Origin: Mobula birostris
Lineage: Eukaryota
Reading direction: 5' to 3'
Assembly: GCF_030028105.1 (NCBI RefSeq)
Contig: NC_092374.1
Location: 188,884,638 to 188,948,637, forward strand
Length of the DNA: 64,000 bases
Under the pieces are notes generated by a model. It was not told the DNA's origin, ran no database searches, and saw only the letters and a program-made list of their open reading frames with translations. Shown piece after piece: positions 63,231 through 64,000 of this stretch. The translations under genes and the position numbers were made by a program. How positions within the stretch are numbered: position 1 is the stretch's first letter; the number at the start of each line of letters is the position of its first letter.

Positions 63231-63757
63231 TTAAGTGGTGATCAGTGTGAGTGGTTCAGAGTTGTCACCTGTTTCGTAATCGCATGGATTTAAGATGAGA
63301 TGAAGTTTCTCAGTGAAACTGTCTGTGTAAGTGTGGATGTGACACATGTTGTCAGCATTGTAAAATGACACTTGGCCCTGCTCGTAATCCAGGTAAACCC
63401 CCAGTTTTCGGAGTTTTATTTCCAGATGGGAGTTGACATTTGGTATCTTCACTGAATTAGAAAATACATAAATGACCCAGTATCCCTCTGCTGGTGTGGA
63501 GGTGTGCCGTCCATCCCTGTCTACAGACTCTCTGCAGACACCCACAACCCACTCAGACTTATATCCAACACACACCTCCCAGTAGTGCCTCCCACATGTA
63601 AAACCCTGTGAACTCAAAACATTTAATATATTTACAAATCTTTTCGGGTGATCCTGACGATTTTGTCCGACAGTCACAAACTTCACACTCATCAGATCCT
63701 GAGAGAGGATGAGCTTATTGTGAGCTGTATCCGGGTCCAGCGTCAGCCGCTCTGGCA
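63231..63757 (-). CDS. TRIM copy E last exon (PRY-SPRY/B30.2); rest of the gene presumably lies right of the window
   Basis: LTLDPDTAH..GRHYWEV..LDYEQGQVSFYN in an open 527-nt exon with TTTCAG acceptor. Confidence 0.93.
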
Positions 63758-64000
63758 CTGAAACAAAACAGTTACAGTGAGAAAACCAGGTGGAACTGCC
63801 AGGATCTGAGCCGACAGTGATGACCACCGTCTCCTCCCTCAGCCCAGGAGTGTGGAGCCCTGGTGGAGATTTCAATCCCCACTGCTCCATCCGTCCTATT
63901 TAACACTGTACAACTTCACAGCGATTTATTTGTTACAGGGTAGTTCAATCCCCTTCCTCTGCCCAGCTGACTGTATTCTATGATGTTTTATGTGGCTGCA

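Overview
Eukaryotic (vertebrate) genomic DNA. The repeat content (CR1, Penelope, Rex1-like and Tx1 LINEs, tRNA-derived SINEs) suggests a cartilaginous fish such as a ray; this is inference. The window is a head-to-tail array of five paralogous RING/B-box/coiled-coil/PRY-SPRY (B30.2) TRIM gene units, all on the minus strand with about 17-20 kb periodicity. The shared coding structure is six exons of 402/96/234/23/119/527 nt. Copies B (27630->14196) and C (44337->32360) are complete and splice to 466 aa. Copy A has exons 1-4 in the window. Copy D is a headless exon 4-5-6 cassette with a +1 frameshift. Copy E shows only its PRY-SPRY exon. Differences among the B30.2 exons are mostly amino-acid-changing and cluster in the predicted loops. 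An ISRE/ETS/DR4 module lies just upstream of the ATG and differs between copies, and independent transposons have inserted just upstream of it in two copies. Introns and spacers hold LINE fragments, two solo LTRs, a Tc1 element, hAT remnants, SINEs and Penelope fragments, one with an intact minimal hammerhead ribozyme. No prokaryotic features or CRISPR arrays are present.
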